Origin: Phoronis australis
Taxonomy: Eukaryota; Animalia; Phoronida
Reading direction: 5' to 3'
Length of the DNA: 64,000 nucleotides
Assembly (NCBI GenBank): GCA_002633005.1
Contig: NMRA01000374.1
Coordinates: 373,955-437,954, forward strand
Numbering within the stretch: the stretch's first letter is position 1; every line of letters begins with the position of its first letter. Below are positions 11,750 through 23,730 of this stretch, piece after piece. Under the pieces are notes generated by a model, which ran no database searches, was not told the DNA's origin, and saw only the letters and a list, made by a program, of their open reading frames with translations. The position numbers and the translations under genes were made by a program.

Positions 11750-14450
11750 TGTAGTGTATTACTAATAATAACTAAGAAAAGAGTATATTTCTACTTAACT
11801 AAAAACACGTGATCCCCAGAAGCCGTGCCACCAGAGACTTCTCGTGGTGATCTCACAAACTAGTGAGCAGGGTATACCACACTCCTAACTCCAACATGAG
11901 ACTAACAAACCACTAAAATGTCCTTAAAATAAAGTTCGGTCACCATTAACACAAAAGTTCAAAGGAGAACTATAAATACACTTAAACTAATGTTCAGAAA
12001 AGTCACAAATCACAAATCCAATCTGTCCGGTGCCTTAGTAACACGAGTGGACCTGCGCAACGACACCGGTTCAGGTGACGCAGGTGCAGAGTCCGGAAAT
12101 CCTGAGTCCGAATGCATGTTTGAAACACTGACTGGTTCAGCTGGTGAATCACTAGCCACAATCGGTGCCTGGTCCGCAGATATCTGCTATGAATTAAGTT
12201 CAATGCGTTCAGGCATAGAAGAATTAATCGTCTGCAATAAGGTGATCAGCATGCACGAAACGATAATTGTTTCCATACACTCGCACTAATCCATTTCTCC
12301 TTCCCACCGCGAGTTTGCCGAACGCGCACATGTTGATAAAGATTGTACTGTCACAGTTCAGGTGTTTGACCATCATGAGTGGATTTCTGGCAACTCTGCT
12401 TCCTTTCCACAGATTCCTGTAAGTTCGGTTTCAGCAGGGTGAGGTTAGCACGTTTCAGAAATAGTTCGGCAGGAGTTTTGTCAGTGACAGAATGTGGCCT
12501 GTTGCGATATGAGAACAAGTTCAATAAGCGATGCGACAATGGCAAGCGTGTATCAGATTTGCCCAACACGTCTTTGAAAATCTGCACATAACGTTCCGCC
12601 TGTCCATTACTAGCAGGATGATAAATGGGACTGAACTTGTGCTTGACACCGTCAATTAAGCATCGAAATGTCTCAAATTCTGCGGATCAAAACTGTGGGC
12701 CATTATCTGACACAAGCTCATAGGGCAAGCCGTAAGACGCGAACAGCTGACGTAATTTCACACTAAATCCTCAAATTGTCCTTATCCAGGCCAGGCCAGG
12801 CAAATAAGTCTTGGGTATTAGGTAATGGATATTTGTCATCCTCTTACTGAGTGTTCAATAATTTGTAGTCGCCACAGACGTGAATAGTTGGACCGGAGGA
12901 CTTCACTTTCCTGATGTTCACAGTGGGCGACGCCCAGTTACTATGTTCCACACGCTCCACAACACCACTTTGTTCCATGCGACTGAGCTCGACCTCCACC
13001 GACTCCTGAATTGAATAAGGAACGGGACAAGCTTTTTGAAACGTGGTTTTTGCATTAGGTTTAAGCCTGATAGACACAGTGATGTCTCGGATTCCCTCGC
13101 CATTATCAATATACAGGTTTTTATACTTTGCGATAAGGAGATCAATATTGCGGTTCACAAGAGGGAATTCCAGTTAACTCCCAATTCTCATTTCCAATTC
13201 CTACCAAAAAGCGAAGGACGGTTACCCTTAACCACAATGAGAGGCAATTTTCTCGAGGCCTCTTTAAATGTGACTAAGCCTCAATAACACCAAGCAAGGG
13301 CACGGGTACTTGGTCATACCCAAAATGAGTAACATTTGGAGGCTCCAGATGAAACTGCAAAAAACTCGCCTTGTAAAGGTCTTCACCGATGGTGGTACGT
13401 GCAGCGCCAGAGTCTACTTCCATAGAAATGTCATGGCCAGCAACATTTACAGCTACATAAACTGGAGGCTCTTCACCAGCCCAACAGTATGCAAATTATC
13501 AAGGTCACCAAGCCTCACGTTACTGATAGTTCCCGAATCAGTTTTAACATGCTGTGACTTACTGTCATAGGTTTAATATGTACAACTTCCCCACATTTAT
13601 AACATGTGGCACCTTTATGTCGACAAGTATGTTAATTGTGTTTACCTCCAGAGCGAAAACAAGAACCACTAGGCTTACTAACGCAGATGGGGTAGGAGTT
13701 ACTTTGTAGCGGCTGGCACCACGGCCGTCGTACTAATTAGCGTAGACTCAGTGAACAGATGCAGGGCCACTCACCGTGGTAGAAGCCCCCGCTTGAAACT
13801 TGTGTGCATCTTTAACAGACCACTCTGTCACACGGGCCATTTGCACAGCTTGATTCAGAGTCAGTTTGTCAACTTTTAACAGTTTAGTTCATGTCCCTTC
13901 ATCCCGAAGGCCAAACACAAACTGGTCACACAGCGCCATGTTGAGATTATCCCCATAGCCACAAAGCAAGGACAACCGCCGCAGATCGGTAATGAAGTCA
14001 GTGACACTATCATGCTCCTTCTGAACCCGCCTGGTAAAATGAAAATGTTCCGAGATTTCCAAAGGCGTAGGTTCATAATGTTCCTCTCACAACTTCAGTA
14101 TCTGTGAGTATGTTTTGTCCTTGGGAAGGTCCGGCGTCGTCAGACTGCGTAAAATACCATAGGCCTCCTGACCCATGAACGTAAGGATGGCAGACTCACA
14201 TATCGCCTGCAATGTCATTTAGTGAAAATACAGCTCGGCTCTCTCCACATAGGTACTCCAGAGTTCAGCTGATTGAGCATCAAACATTTTCAGGGTCCCA
14301 GATGGGTCATCCTCGTCGCCAGTTTGTAGTGTATTACTAATAATAACTAAGAGTATATTTCTACTTAACTAAAACACGTGATTCCTGGAAGCCACGCTAC
14401 CAGAAACTTCTCGTGGTGATCTCACAAACTAGTGAGCAGGGTATACCACA
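11750..14450 (-). mobile_element. Internally deleted Mag-like Gypsy LTR retrotransposon with both LTRs
   Basis: LTRs 11750-11881 and 14325-14450 (TGT...ACA, highly similar). PBS TGGCGACGAGGATG (tRNA-Ser GCU type) next to the 5' LTR, purine-rich tract next to the 3' LTR, TSD ttaac/ataac. Remnants of gag (WSTYVER), zinc knuckles, RT N-terminus (SNWASPTV, CGDYK) and integrase (SDNGPQF, YRNRPHSVT). Confidence 0.93.
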
Positions 14451-15097
14451 ATAACATCACAACAGACTGCATAATGTCACAGCAGACTGCATAACATCAC
14501 AACAGACTGCATAACATCACAACAAACAGCATAACGTCATAACTGACTGCATAGCGTCACAGCAGACAGCATAATGTCACAACAGACTGCATAACGCCAC
14601 AACAGACAACATAACGTCACAACTGACTGCATAGCGTCACAGCAGACAGCATAACATCACAACAGACTGCCTAACGTCACAACTGACTGCATAGCGTCAC
14701 AACAGAGTGCATAGCATCACAACAGACTGCATAACATCACAACAGACTGCATAACATCACAACAGACTGCCTAACATCACAACAGACTGCATAACGTCAC
14801 AACAGAGTGCATAGCATCACAAAAGAGTGCATAACATCACAACAGACTGCATAACATCACAAGAGTCTGCATAACATCACAACAGTGCATAACGTCACAA
14901 CAGTGTGCATAACGTCACAACAGACTGCATAACGTCACCACAGACTGCATGACATCAAACAGACTGCATATTATCCCAACAGACTGTATAACGTCACAAC
15001 AGACTGCATAACATCACAACAGACTGCATAACATCACAAGAGACTGCATAACATCACAAGAGACTGCATAACTTTACAACTGACTGCATAACATCAC
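14451..15097 (+). repeat. 20-bp minisatellite (CAGACTGCATAACATCACAA), ~32 copies; two more copies at 11707-11749
   Basis: Direct tandem repeat visible in the sequence; the array is split by the LTR element insertion. Confidence 0.97.
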
Positions 15098-15116
15098 GTT
15101 TCCTAATTTTTGATAA

Positions 15117-15323
<207 letters not shown>

Positions 15324-15589
15324 TAACTGTCATGGCCTCATTTGCAGTGGTAAGCAAAAGTCTCTTTCTACAAGCGTCCTTAACCAGAGTTTAACACTAA
15401 CAGTAGACCTACTTTCTGACACTAACAGTAGACCTAGGTTCTGACACTAACAGCAGACTTACGTTCTGACAGAAGGTAACTTTTGCATTCCTGTTGATTT
15501 GAAAAGCGAATTTGTTACTTAGATGTAGTGGCACACAATACAACTAGCAAATGTGGAGGTGATTTGAAGGCTTTACAATATAACAATTT

Positions 15590-15817
15590 GGGTACGTAAG
15601 TGTTTGAGTTGTAAGTAAGTGGTTGAGTTGTAAGTAAGTGGTCGAGTTGTAAGTAAGTGTTTGAGTTGTACCTAAGTGGTCGAGTTGTAAGTAAGTGTTT
15701 GAGTTGTACCTAAGTGGCCGAGTTGTAAGTGTTTGAGTTGTACCTAAGTGGTCGAGTTGTATGTATGTGGTCAAGTTGTACGTAAGTAGTCGAGTTGAAC
15801 GTAAGTGGTCGAGTTGT
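15590..15817 (+). repeat. 19-bp minisatellite (GAGTTGTAAGTAAGTGGTC)
   Basis: ~12 tandem copies within a MORN5 intron. Confidence 0.95.
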
Positions 15818-16630
15818 TCCTTCGGGCAAGGGAATGTTTTTGGTTTACTTGCTTGACAAACAAGTTAACGAAACAGTTACCTTTGTTAACACATCCAGTT
15901 TGTTTGCAAAAAGAGGATTTGAAGTAGAGTCCTGCACAGCATCATCTCCAAATCACTGCACCATTGTGTCCCTTCTGAATGTGGCCATGGCAAAATTTGG
16001 CTAAGTAGCAACTTTGTTGCATCAAGAATATTGTAACAAATGCTTTAGTCCATTGATAAAACAATTTTTCAACAAGAAATTTTAAATTTTTACTTCATTT
16101 TATCACCAAGAACAGATGTTGATGAATTGAGACATTATCGTGCATAAGGTTTTTAGTTAAATATTATTTACCAAACAAGTGCATAGGTGATTTGATTTTA
16201 AAATTTCATTTGTTGACTGAAACAGTACCATTTGACTCTAATTTTAATTAAAAAAACTCCATTTTTACAATAAAGATATTTTTGTTTTATATTTTTGAAC
16301 GTTCATTGAATAAATTGATAGACTGTCCATTTTTGCCTAAATGTTGTCTGATGATATTTTAATGAAAATAAAAGTGCAAAGTTTAACAGAATTAGTCTAT
16401 CCAGTTTAGTTTGGAAACTGCTAACTAAGGGACCATTACATGTATCCCCCAAGTAACTTTTTGTAATTTTGAACTGTTATATGCACAAAAACTCGAAGTA
16501 GAGTATCATTCTACCAATAAAATGAGACAGAAAAAAATACTCCCGTTATATGAATATATTTCATGTCTGTAGTAACACACTACTTAAACTTGGGTAAGCA
16601 CCCTTAATGGAGAGGAGTAGAATGGTGTAA

Positions 16631-16894
<264 letters not shown>

Positions 16895-17004
16895 TGACCT
16901 GTTTGGTTATTGGAATGCTGAGCCCTATCACATTCTGTTCTCTCATTCCTCAAAAATGGATGAAACGTGAGTTTTTAGAAAAATTTTCATCAAAGCACCA
17001 AATG

Positions 17005-17884
17005 ATAATACGATGAATGTTTTCAGTCATCCAGTTGGGTCATAGTATAAGAATCAATAAATCTATTACTGGACTTACAGTACGTGGAGATGGCTACGTT
17101 GCGTCCTCCTCTTGAGGACTTCATCAGGCCACTGAGTTGTCACGTGACTTGTCATGTGATCTGTCGTACAGCCACATAGAACACAACAGAACAGTGCTGA
17201 AAAGATGTGGCTACCCGAAGTGGTCATTCCACAAGGCAAACCATGACAGAGTCACGCCTCAGAACACGCAGCCTGACAATAGGGGAAACATCAGGGTAAC
17301 ATTGCCTTTTGTGCCAGGGATCGCTGACCAGATCAAATCACATATGAGGGGACACGACATTGCTGTTGTATTCAAACCTGTTAACACCATAAGGAGTCAA
17401 TTGTTAAATGTGAAAGACAAAACCAGCAAAGAGAAAACATCAAATGTGGTGTATGGCATTTCATGCTCGGAACCGGGGTGTGGGGCAGCATACATTGGGG
17501 AAACCAAACAAGCCCTGAAAAGTCGTTTCAACCAGCATCGGAGGTCCAGTTATGGGGACTGCTATGATTCTGCAGTTTTTACTCACATGGCTTCCACAGA
17601 CCACTCTTTCACCATGGAAGATGTGAAGATCCTGGATAGAGAAGAGAATTGGTTTCGGAGAGGGGTCAAAGAAGCTATCTACGAGAGAATTGAGAATCCT
17701 AGCCTCAATAGACAGGGGGGGTGCGGTTTCACTTACCTAGGACATGGTATAGGGCGCTGAAGAGAATCCCGCGGAAACTGTATGACAGATCACATGACAA
17801 GTCACGTGACAACTCAGTGGCCTGATGAAGTCCTCGAGAATAGGACGCAACGTAGCCATCTCCACGGGCCGTAAGTCCAGTAAT
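17005..17884 (+). mobile_element. 5'-truncated Penelope-like retroelement (GIY-YIG endonuclease) with inverted pseudo-LTR
   Basis: ORF fragment NVVYGISC..AYIGET..RFNQH..ILDREENWFRRGVKEAIY..PSLNR. Inverted arms 17064-17171 and 17778-17885. 13-bp TSD AAAGCACCAAATG at 16992-17004 and 17885-17897. Confidence 0.93.
17818..17858 (+). ncRNA. Minimal hammerhead-ribozyme-like motif in the Penelope pLTR (variant core GCAA)
   Basis: TGGC-CTGATGA-A-GTCCT-cgagaat-AGGAC-GCAA-CG-TA-GCCA. Stems I and II pair. A reverse-complement copy lies at ~17086-17131. Confidence 0.7.
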
Positions 17885-18123
17885 AAAGCACCAAATGCTT
17901 TGTTAAATTCTGCACTATAGCTTCAATGACAGCAGTCATTGCTTTGAGAAATTGTGGACGTTCTCAACAATGCCAGGACAATAAAAAGATCAATAGTGGA
18001 AGTTGTTGTTGTCTGAAATAGTTGACATTTTACCCAAGTAGCTAAAATGGATATAAAACATGCCTAAATTGATCTATCACAAAAATCAACTTTTGATTTA
18101 GACCTGTTGTGGTTATGAAGTCA

Positions 18124-18387
18124 TACTCACATTGTTGATTGGTCAAAATAGATGTGATCACTTGGAAAGGCAGTTGTACTCACATTGTTGATTGGTCAAA
18201 ATAGATGTAATGCCTTGGAAAGGCAGTTTAACTCACATTGTTGATTGGTCAAAATAGATGGGATCTCTTGGAAAGGCAGTTGTACTCACATTGTTAACTG
18301 GTCAAAATTGATGTGATCTCTTGGAAAGGCAGTTGTACACACATTGTTGATTGGTCACAATAGATGTGATCTTTTGGAAAGGCAGTC
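18124..18387 (+). repeat. 53-bp minisatellite, 5 copies
   Basis: Unit TACTCACATTGTTGATTGGTCAAAATAGATGTGATCTCTTGGAAAGGCAGTTG. Confidence 0.95.
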
Positions 18388-18931
18388 AGTTGGTTGAGAC
18401 CAGACTCTATAAATGAACTCATGACAACCTGCCATTTTAATTGCAAAGCATGCTCTCACTCAGTGTGCTGTCCATATTTTGCACGACCAAAAACCAATTC
18501 TAATCTAAATAAGGAATGTGCCGAGACCATTTTTACAGAGGCAGGTACTGGTATAAATTAATAGTTTCTCCTATGGAAGACTGAGGTTTATAGTCACTAA
18601 TAGTTGAGGTAATTTTATATTTGGAAAGACGAAGTACATCATTCACGACCATATTTAAGAGTTTCCCTTTTCATCTGCACTTCATCATATACTGAGTATC
18701 TCAAGTCCGTTACATTATGGACTTGGTGAAATTAACTGATATTGCTTCTCTACAGAGGTTGACCTCGGTAAACTTGATTCATCTTAATGTGAAGTTGCCC
18801 AGTTTGACTTTGGCAAAATTTGTACTTGTATGTGCGTTTAAGAGTATCTGTCTAAGCTTCCATTATAAAACATTTTTTTTGATTATTATATTGACTTTGT
18901 AAAGTTAAAAAATACAACTGTTACAAGTGAT

Positions 18932-19430
18932 GTCATTCATACATAAGTGAACACACTGATATACACACAGTTAGTCATTCATACATAGGTGAACACACTG
19001 ATATACACACAGTTAGTCATTCATACATAGGTGAATACACTGATATACACACAGTTAGTCATTCATACATACGTGAACACACTGATATACACACAGTTAG
19101 TCATTCATACATACGTGAACACACTGATATACACACAGTTAGTCATTCATACATACGTGAACACACTGATATACACACAGTTAGTCATTCATACATAGGT
19201 GAACACACTAATATACACACAGTTAGTCATTCATACATAGGTGAACACACTGATATACACACAGTTAGTCATTCATACATACGTGAACACCACACAGTTA
19301 GTCATTCATACATACGTGAACACACTGATATACACACAGTTAGTCATTCATACATACGTGAACACACTGATATACACACAGTTAGTCATTCATACATGGG
19401 TGAACACACTGATATACACACAGTTAGTCA
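18932..19430 (+). repeat. 42-bp minisatellite, ~12 copies
   Basis: Unit GTCATTCATACATACGTGAACACACTGATATACACACAGTTA. Confidence 0.97.
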
Positions 19431-19631
19431 GCAAATGTGATTTTCTGAGAAAGTGTTGTTCATATCTTTCCAATTTTGATTTAATTCTTATTCACTATTT
19501 TTCAGAAAAAAAGACATTCAATTCAGAACATGATTTTGATAAAACCAAAAATATTGGATGTTTCACATTTGATTTTTGCTGGTTATATGTATTTTGCATA
19601 CATTTGATGAATCTTAAATTTCATGTTGCAG

Positions 19632-20014
19632 ATGATGATGAACATGAATGGATTGTCAGAACATGTAGGAAAGGTTGGGACGAGTACGTCGGCTTTCAAA
19701 AAAATGGCGCTAACATTGATATGCCAAACGAAGCCAGCAACATTATCTTGGCAGAAGATAGCAGTAACATTGACTTGCCAAAAGATGGCAGTAATGCTGA
19801 CTTGCAAAAAAGTAACCAGACTGACTTAACAAAAGATAACAGTAACGCCAATGTGTCGAAAGATGTCAGTGTGGCTGACTTGCCAAAAGATAATAGTAAT
19901 GCCAACTTGTCGAAAGATGTCAGTTTGACTGACTTGCCAAAAGATGGCAGTACAACTGATGTAGGCAAGACTGACGTGCCAGATGAGGACACCACGGAAG
20001 TTACGTCAAGTTGA
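19632..20014 (+). CDS. MORN5: MORN5 terminal coding exon with C-terminal 9-aa repeat extension
   Basis: Acceptor ttgcag|, phase 1. Encodes [19 protein letters not shown] (conserved MORN5 C-terminus), then DLPKDxSxx-type repeats to the TGA ending at 20014. Confidence 0.9.
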
Positions 20015-20382
20015 AGCTCATTCTGCTTTCATGTCCTTCACAAACTTTGGTTACAGCAAAAACTAATGCGCTTTCCAAAACTCAGATGTTGTCTACTCCT
20101 CACTGATGGGAAGTTACTTGGTCACCTGAGCAAATGTCGCCTATTACTGAAAGATATGGTGCTTTACAAGTTTTATAGATATCAAATGCTTTGTAATTCA
20201 CCTGAATTCAAGAACATTCGTTAAATTTTAGAAAAGCTTGAATATTACATCGCAATTGAGAAACTGTGGTTGTGAGCACCCTGGAAGAAATTGTTCAAAC
20301 TGGTGTAGTTTCAATGGTTCAGTCATATGAACAAACTGGAATAGTTAATCAACGTGTCTTATTGTAAATTTGTGAATATGTA

Positions 20383-20388
20383 AATAAA
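20383..20388 (+). promoter_or_regulatory. Probable polyadenylation signal of MORN5
   Basis: AATAAA ~370 bp after the stop codon, followed by T/GT-rich sequence. Confidence 0.55.
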
Positions 20389-20864
20389 CAATTTATTCGA
20401 TGGTCACTTTCTTTTACCAACTGCTATCGGACAAAGGCTCCATTTTCTACAATGTGAACTTGTGTGTTCTGTATTTTTGAATGCTCATGTTTTCGGCAGC
20501 TATTTCTTCAGAAGCTATGTGTTTTTAAGGCAACCAGTCTTCAGCTACTTGTTCTTTGTTTGAATTCAAAATTGTTTACGATAAAACGGCTGGAATTTAC
20601 ATGAGAGCCCTACCGAGGTCTCAATGACGTCAGCTGAATCAGGCGTGGGGTATGTAGAAGCCAGAAGCTTGCCAAACGCGAGACTTGGCGAGACATGAGA
20701 ACTAATGCAGAGCAATAGAAGGCGCACCACGAGTCTAACAAAACAGATTGGATAAATTCGGATGAGAGATGGAAACTATGAAATGCCTTACGTGTCCACA
20801 CACGACGCGCTGGACTACAGTTGAAAGCTCTTGGCTAGAGGAATTTGATAAACCCGTTGGGACT

Positions 20865-20990
20865 TTGTGTTTAGGTATCATTTAGTATTTTGTAATATAC
20901 ACGAGGGTTTGTGTTTAGGTATCATTTGATATTTTTTAATGTACTTGAGGGTTTGTGTTTAGGTATCATTTAATATTTTGTAATATACAC
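20865..20990 (+). repeat. ~44-bp tandem repeat, 3 copies
   Basis: Unit TTTGTGTTTAGGTATCATTT...TAATATACACGAGGG. Confidence 0.85.
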
Positions 20991-21095
20991 TAGTGTATAT
21001 TACAAAATTCTCCACATCGGATGATATCCAACCCAACCTGAGAGATAACCACACGGTCGTGAATTAGTTTTACCTTAAAAATTTGTCAACGAGAT

Positions 21096-21254
21096 CAGGG
21101 GCGGGCCCAGGCTATAGTTATATGGGGGGGGGGCAGGGCAGAGTATTAGCAATGATTTTGCCCGTCAAGGCAGACGTTCGCACCCCCGAACTGCCAAATG
21201 GGATCTGAGAGAGTTTAAGGGGGACCATGACCCCCTCTCTAAATCCGGCACTGG
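21096..21254. mobile_element. Short hAT-type MITE (CAGGGGCGG...CCGGCACTG); related pieces at 43715-43771 and 55446-55526
   Basis: Imperfect CAG..CTG TIRs. Internal TTCGCAC..GAACTGCCAAATGG.ATCTG is shared with 55446-55526. Confidence 0.55.
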
Positions 21255-23449
21255 GCATTCTTCCGTCGCCCGTTTTTGCCGCCGTCGTTGTCCGAGTTAT
21301 ACCAGCTATTTGGCGGCGAAGGCCTTAGGATTCCCTTACTCGGACAAAAACTTAAGGAAAATTCTGTGGAAGCAAGAAAAAACGAGACAGGACATAAGCC
21401 AAAAGAGTACGGGGTAAAAGAAGGCAAGCGAAAGTCAGTTAGATTAAAAGAGGACTCACGGGGTCAAATGTTCGCGCAACTGTCCAATAAAATAACATGA
21501 CATTACAGCGTTCTGTCGTTCAGTAACTTTTCCAGACGTGAGGTGTGCTGAACGTGTGATAACATCTAGCTCTTTTGTTAATTGCCCAGCACAGTCTTTT
21601 TTCCCGCCAAGCAGGCCAGTTATCCCCCAGGCTTCAAAGGAAACGTATGGTGGTTGCACGCTATTACCGAACGGGTATGAACACAATCAAACCCAGTGCG
21701 TTGGTAATCCGTTTGGACAGAATAGATTGTCTTAACTTCTGTTGTAGTTGGGCGATGTTGGTGATTCAAAAACGGAACATGATCAGCATTTGACGAGGAA
21801 TTCAGAAATGCAATTGGTTTAAGCTCAGATATGTTATAACTTAACTTTCAATTTTCAGCCCAGCCCAGTCAGGCTAGATACGATCTGATCGGAGATTAGA
21901 GCAATTATCGAACAAAAGAGCGCAGGCCCTCCAACCATAAATGCCAGACTGGAGTTAATCAGTCGTGTAAGATATTTGCGACGGGGGTAAACTTCCCAAC
22001 TTGTTGGGCTATAGAATCGAACAAGTTGGAAGCAACGGGATGTCGCCGTCATGACATTTCACAAAAGTACCACAGCATCAAATTTCACTTCAAACAGGTG
22101 GGAATTAACCATATGAGTGACCGCCGGAATCCTGGCGCAAGGAAATTTGAGTTATTGGCGAGCTCCAGTCAGGTGATGACGGGCAATTTATTTTTTTTTC
22201 GTCCGAATAGTCCCACGATGATCATAAGAAATCGTATAAACGCCGAGTTTTAGAGATACATTGACATGTGTTCATAGATCAACGCCATTGCATTGTTATT
22301 CGTACGACTGTGTTTGGTGAGAGCCTTTCCGGTTCCACCTCGTTGTGTTTTCGGCTGCGAATTAAACTCGTTAAATTTACAACTCTTTGTCTAGTTTATC
22401 TGGCGTGATGGCAGCGACCGGACATGGCTACAACCCGAGCTCCAAAACAGTGGCCGCTCACTAAAAATGAGACCATTACTTCATTTGATTGTTGGAGGCA
22501 GAATTTATTATTCATCCTTTCATTGGACCCTCACTTTGCGCCATTTCTTGTCGACGGCGTTAGTTGGCTAAAAAAGACAGCCGCTGCTCCACTGCGTGGT
22601 CTGACCGACGACCCCGATGACACCCCAGAACCGTAGCGTGCTCACATGAAACTGGCTCATTTAGAGCTCATGCTAGGACAAATTGCCAATTTTTGTCCAG
22701 TCATATCCCGTAATTCTATCGTGAAGTCATCCACCTCTGTCCAGGACATTTGGCAGAAAATCCGCCAAAATTTCGGATTCGCTTCCACAGGAGCACATTT
22801 CTTAGACCTGAGACTCATATCAGTAGATCCAAATGAACGTCCCGAAGATCTATTCCAGCGCCGCACTGCTTTTTTGAGGATAACTTACTCACCGTTGTGG
22901 TGTGGAATATCGCATCATGCCGAGGCTGTGGACATCGACGAAGACATGACTCCCTCCCTCGAAAATACTATTGTGTTCTTATGGTTACAGATGGTCAACG
23001 CAGGTTTACCCCAACTTGTTAAGCAACGATATGGCGCGGAGTTGCGCAACAAGTCCCTTGCCTCCATCAAGACTGAAATTTCTCAAGCTATGAACTCGCT
23101 ACTTGATCAGCTTACGTGCATCGAGGACTCTCACTCCATGCGCATAACCAGCTCGAAGACAAACCCCCGTAGAACCCCGTCGTGCGTCTTATGCACCACC
23201 GCCCGCCGCACTCCCCCAGACCACTTCTTGTCTCGGTGCCCGTTCCTCCCACCTGACGACAAGCATGTCTTTCTCAAGGCCTGGTCCACCGACGTTGACG
23301 AGGCCACCGAGGAGGACTTCGCTCAAGACACAATATCTTGCGAGCAGTTCTGCCCTGACTCCGCTGCCGCGCTTCGCGTCCACATAGTCCAGTCTCCTTA
23401 CCTCGACACATTTGTTGGTCAAACCCTCGTGCGTGTGACATTTGATTGT

Positions 23450-23730
23450 CATAACGCTAAACCCTCGTGAGAGACCGCCCCGAGTTGGCTGCTGGAGCAA
23501 CTCGGGGCGGTCTGGGATCAAGCGGAAAAACCACAGGGTAGATCTGTGGTCGACGAATCTATTCGGTCGATTACATTTTATTGCCCGTGAAGCCGCTAAG
23601 GGCTGCCTGAAGAAATATGACTCGCGCGTTTGTATTTTCGCCGTGATTGGACAAAGCCTTTTCAAATTAGCCGGTGGAGCGTGAGACCCCTGAGGTCCCA
23701 ATCGAGTCCTCACGACAACTCCGCGTTATG
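23450..23730. mobile_element. 281-bp MITE inserted in the Gypsy protease motif
   Basis: Termini CATAACGC-N7-TCGTGAG and CTCACGA-N7-GCGTTATG, with a 2-bp GT duplication. Removing it restores GAT TGT GGT GCC ACA GGA AAC ATG (D-C-G-A-T-G-N-M). Confidence 0.75.

Noticed and set aside
19241-19631. N-terminal part of the 257-aa ORF
   Set aside because: Read-through of an intronic 42-bp minisatellite; the real exon starts at the acceptor at 19632.
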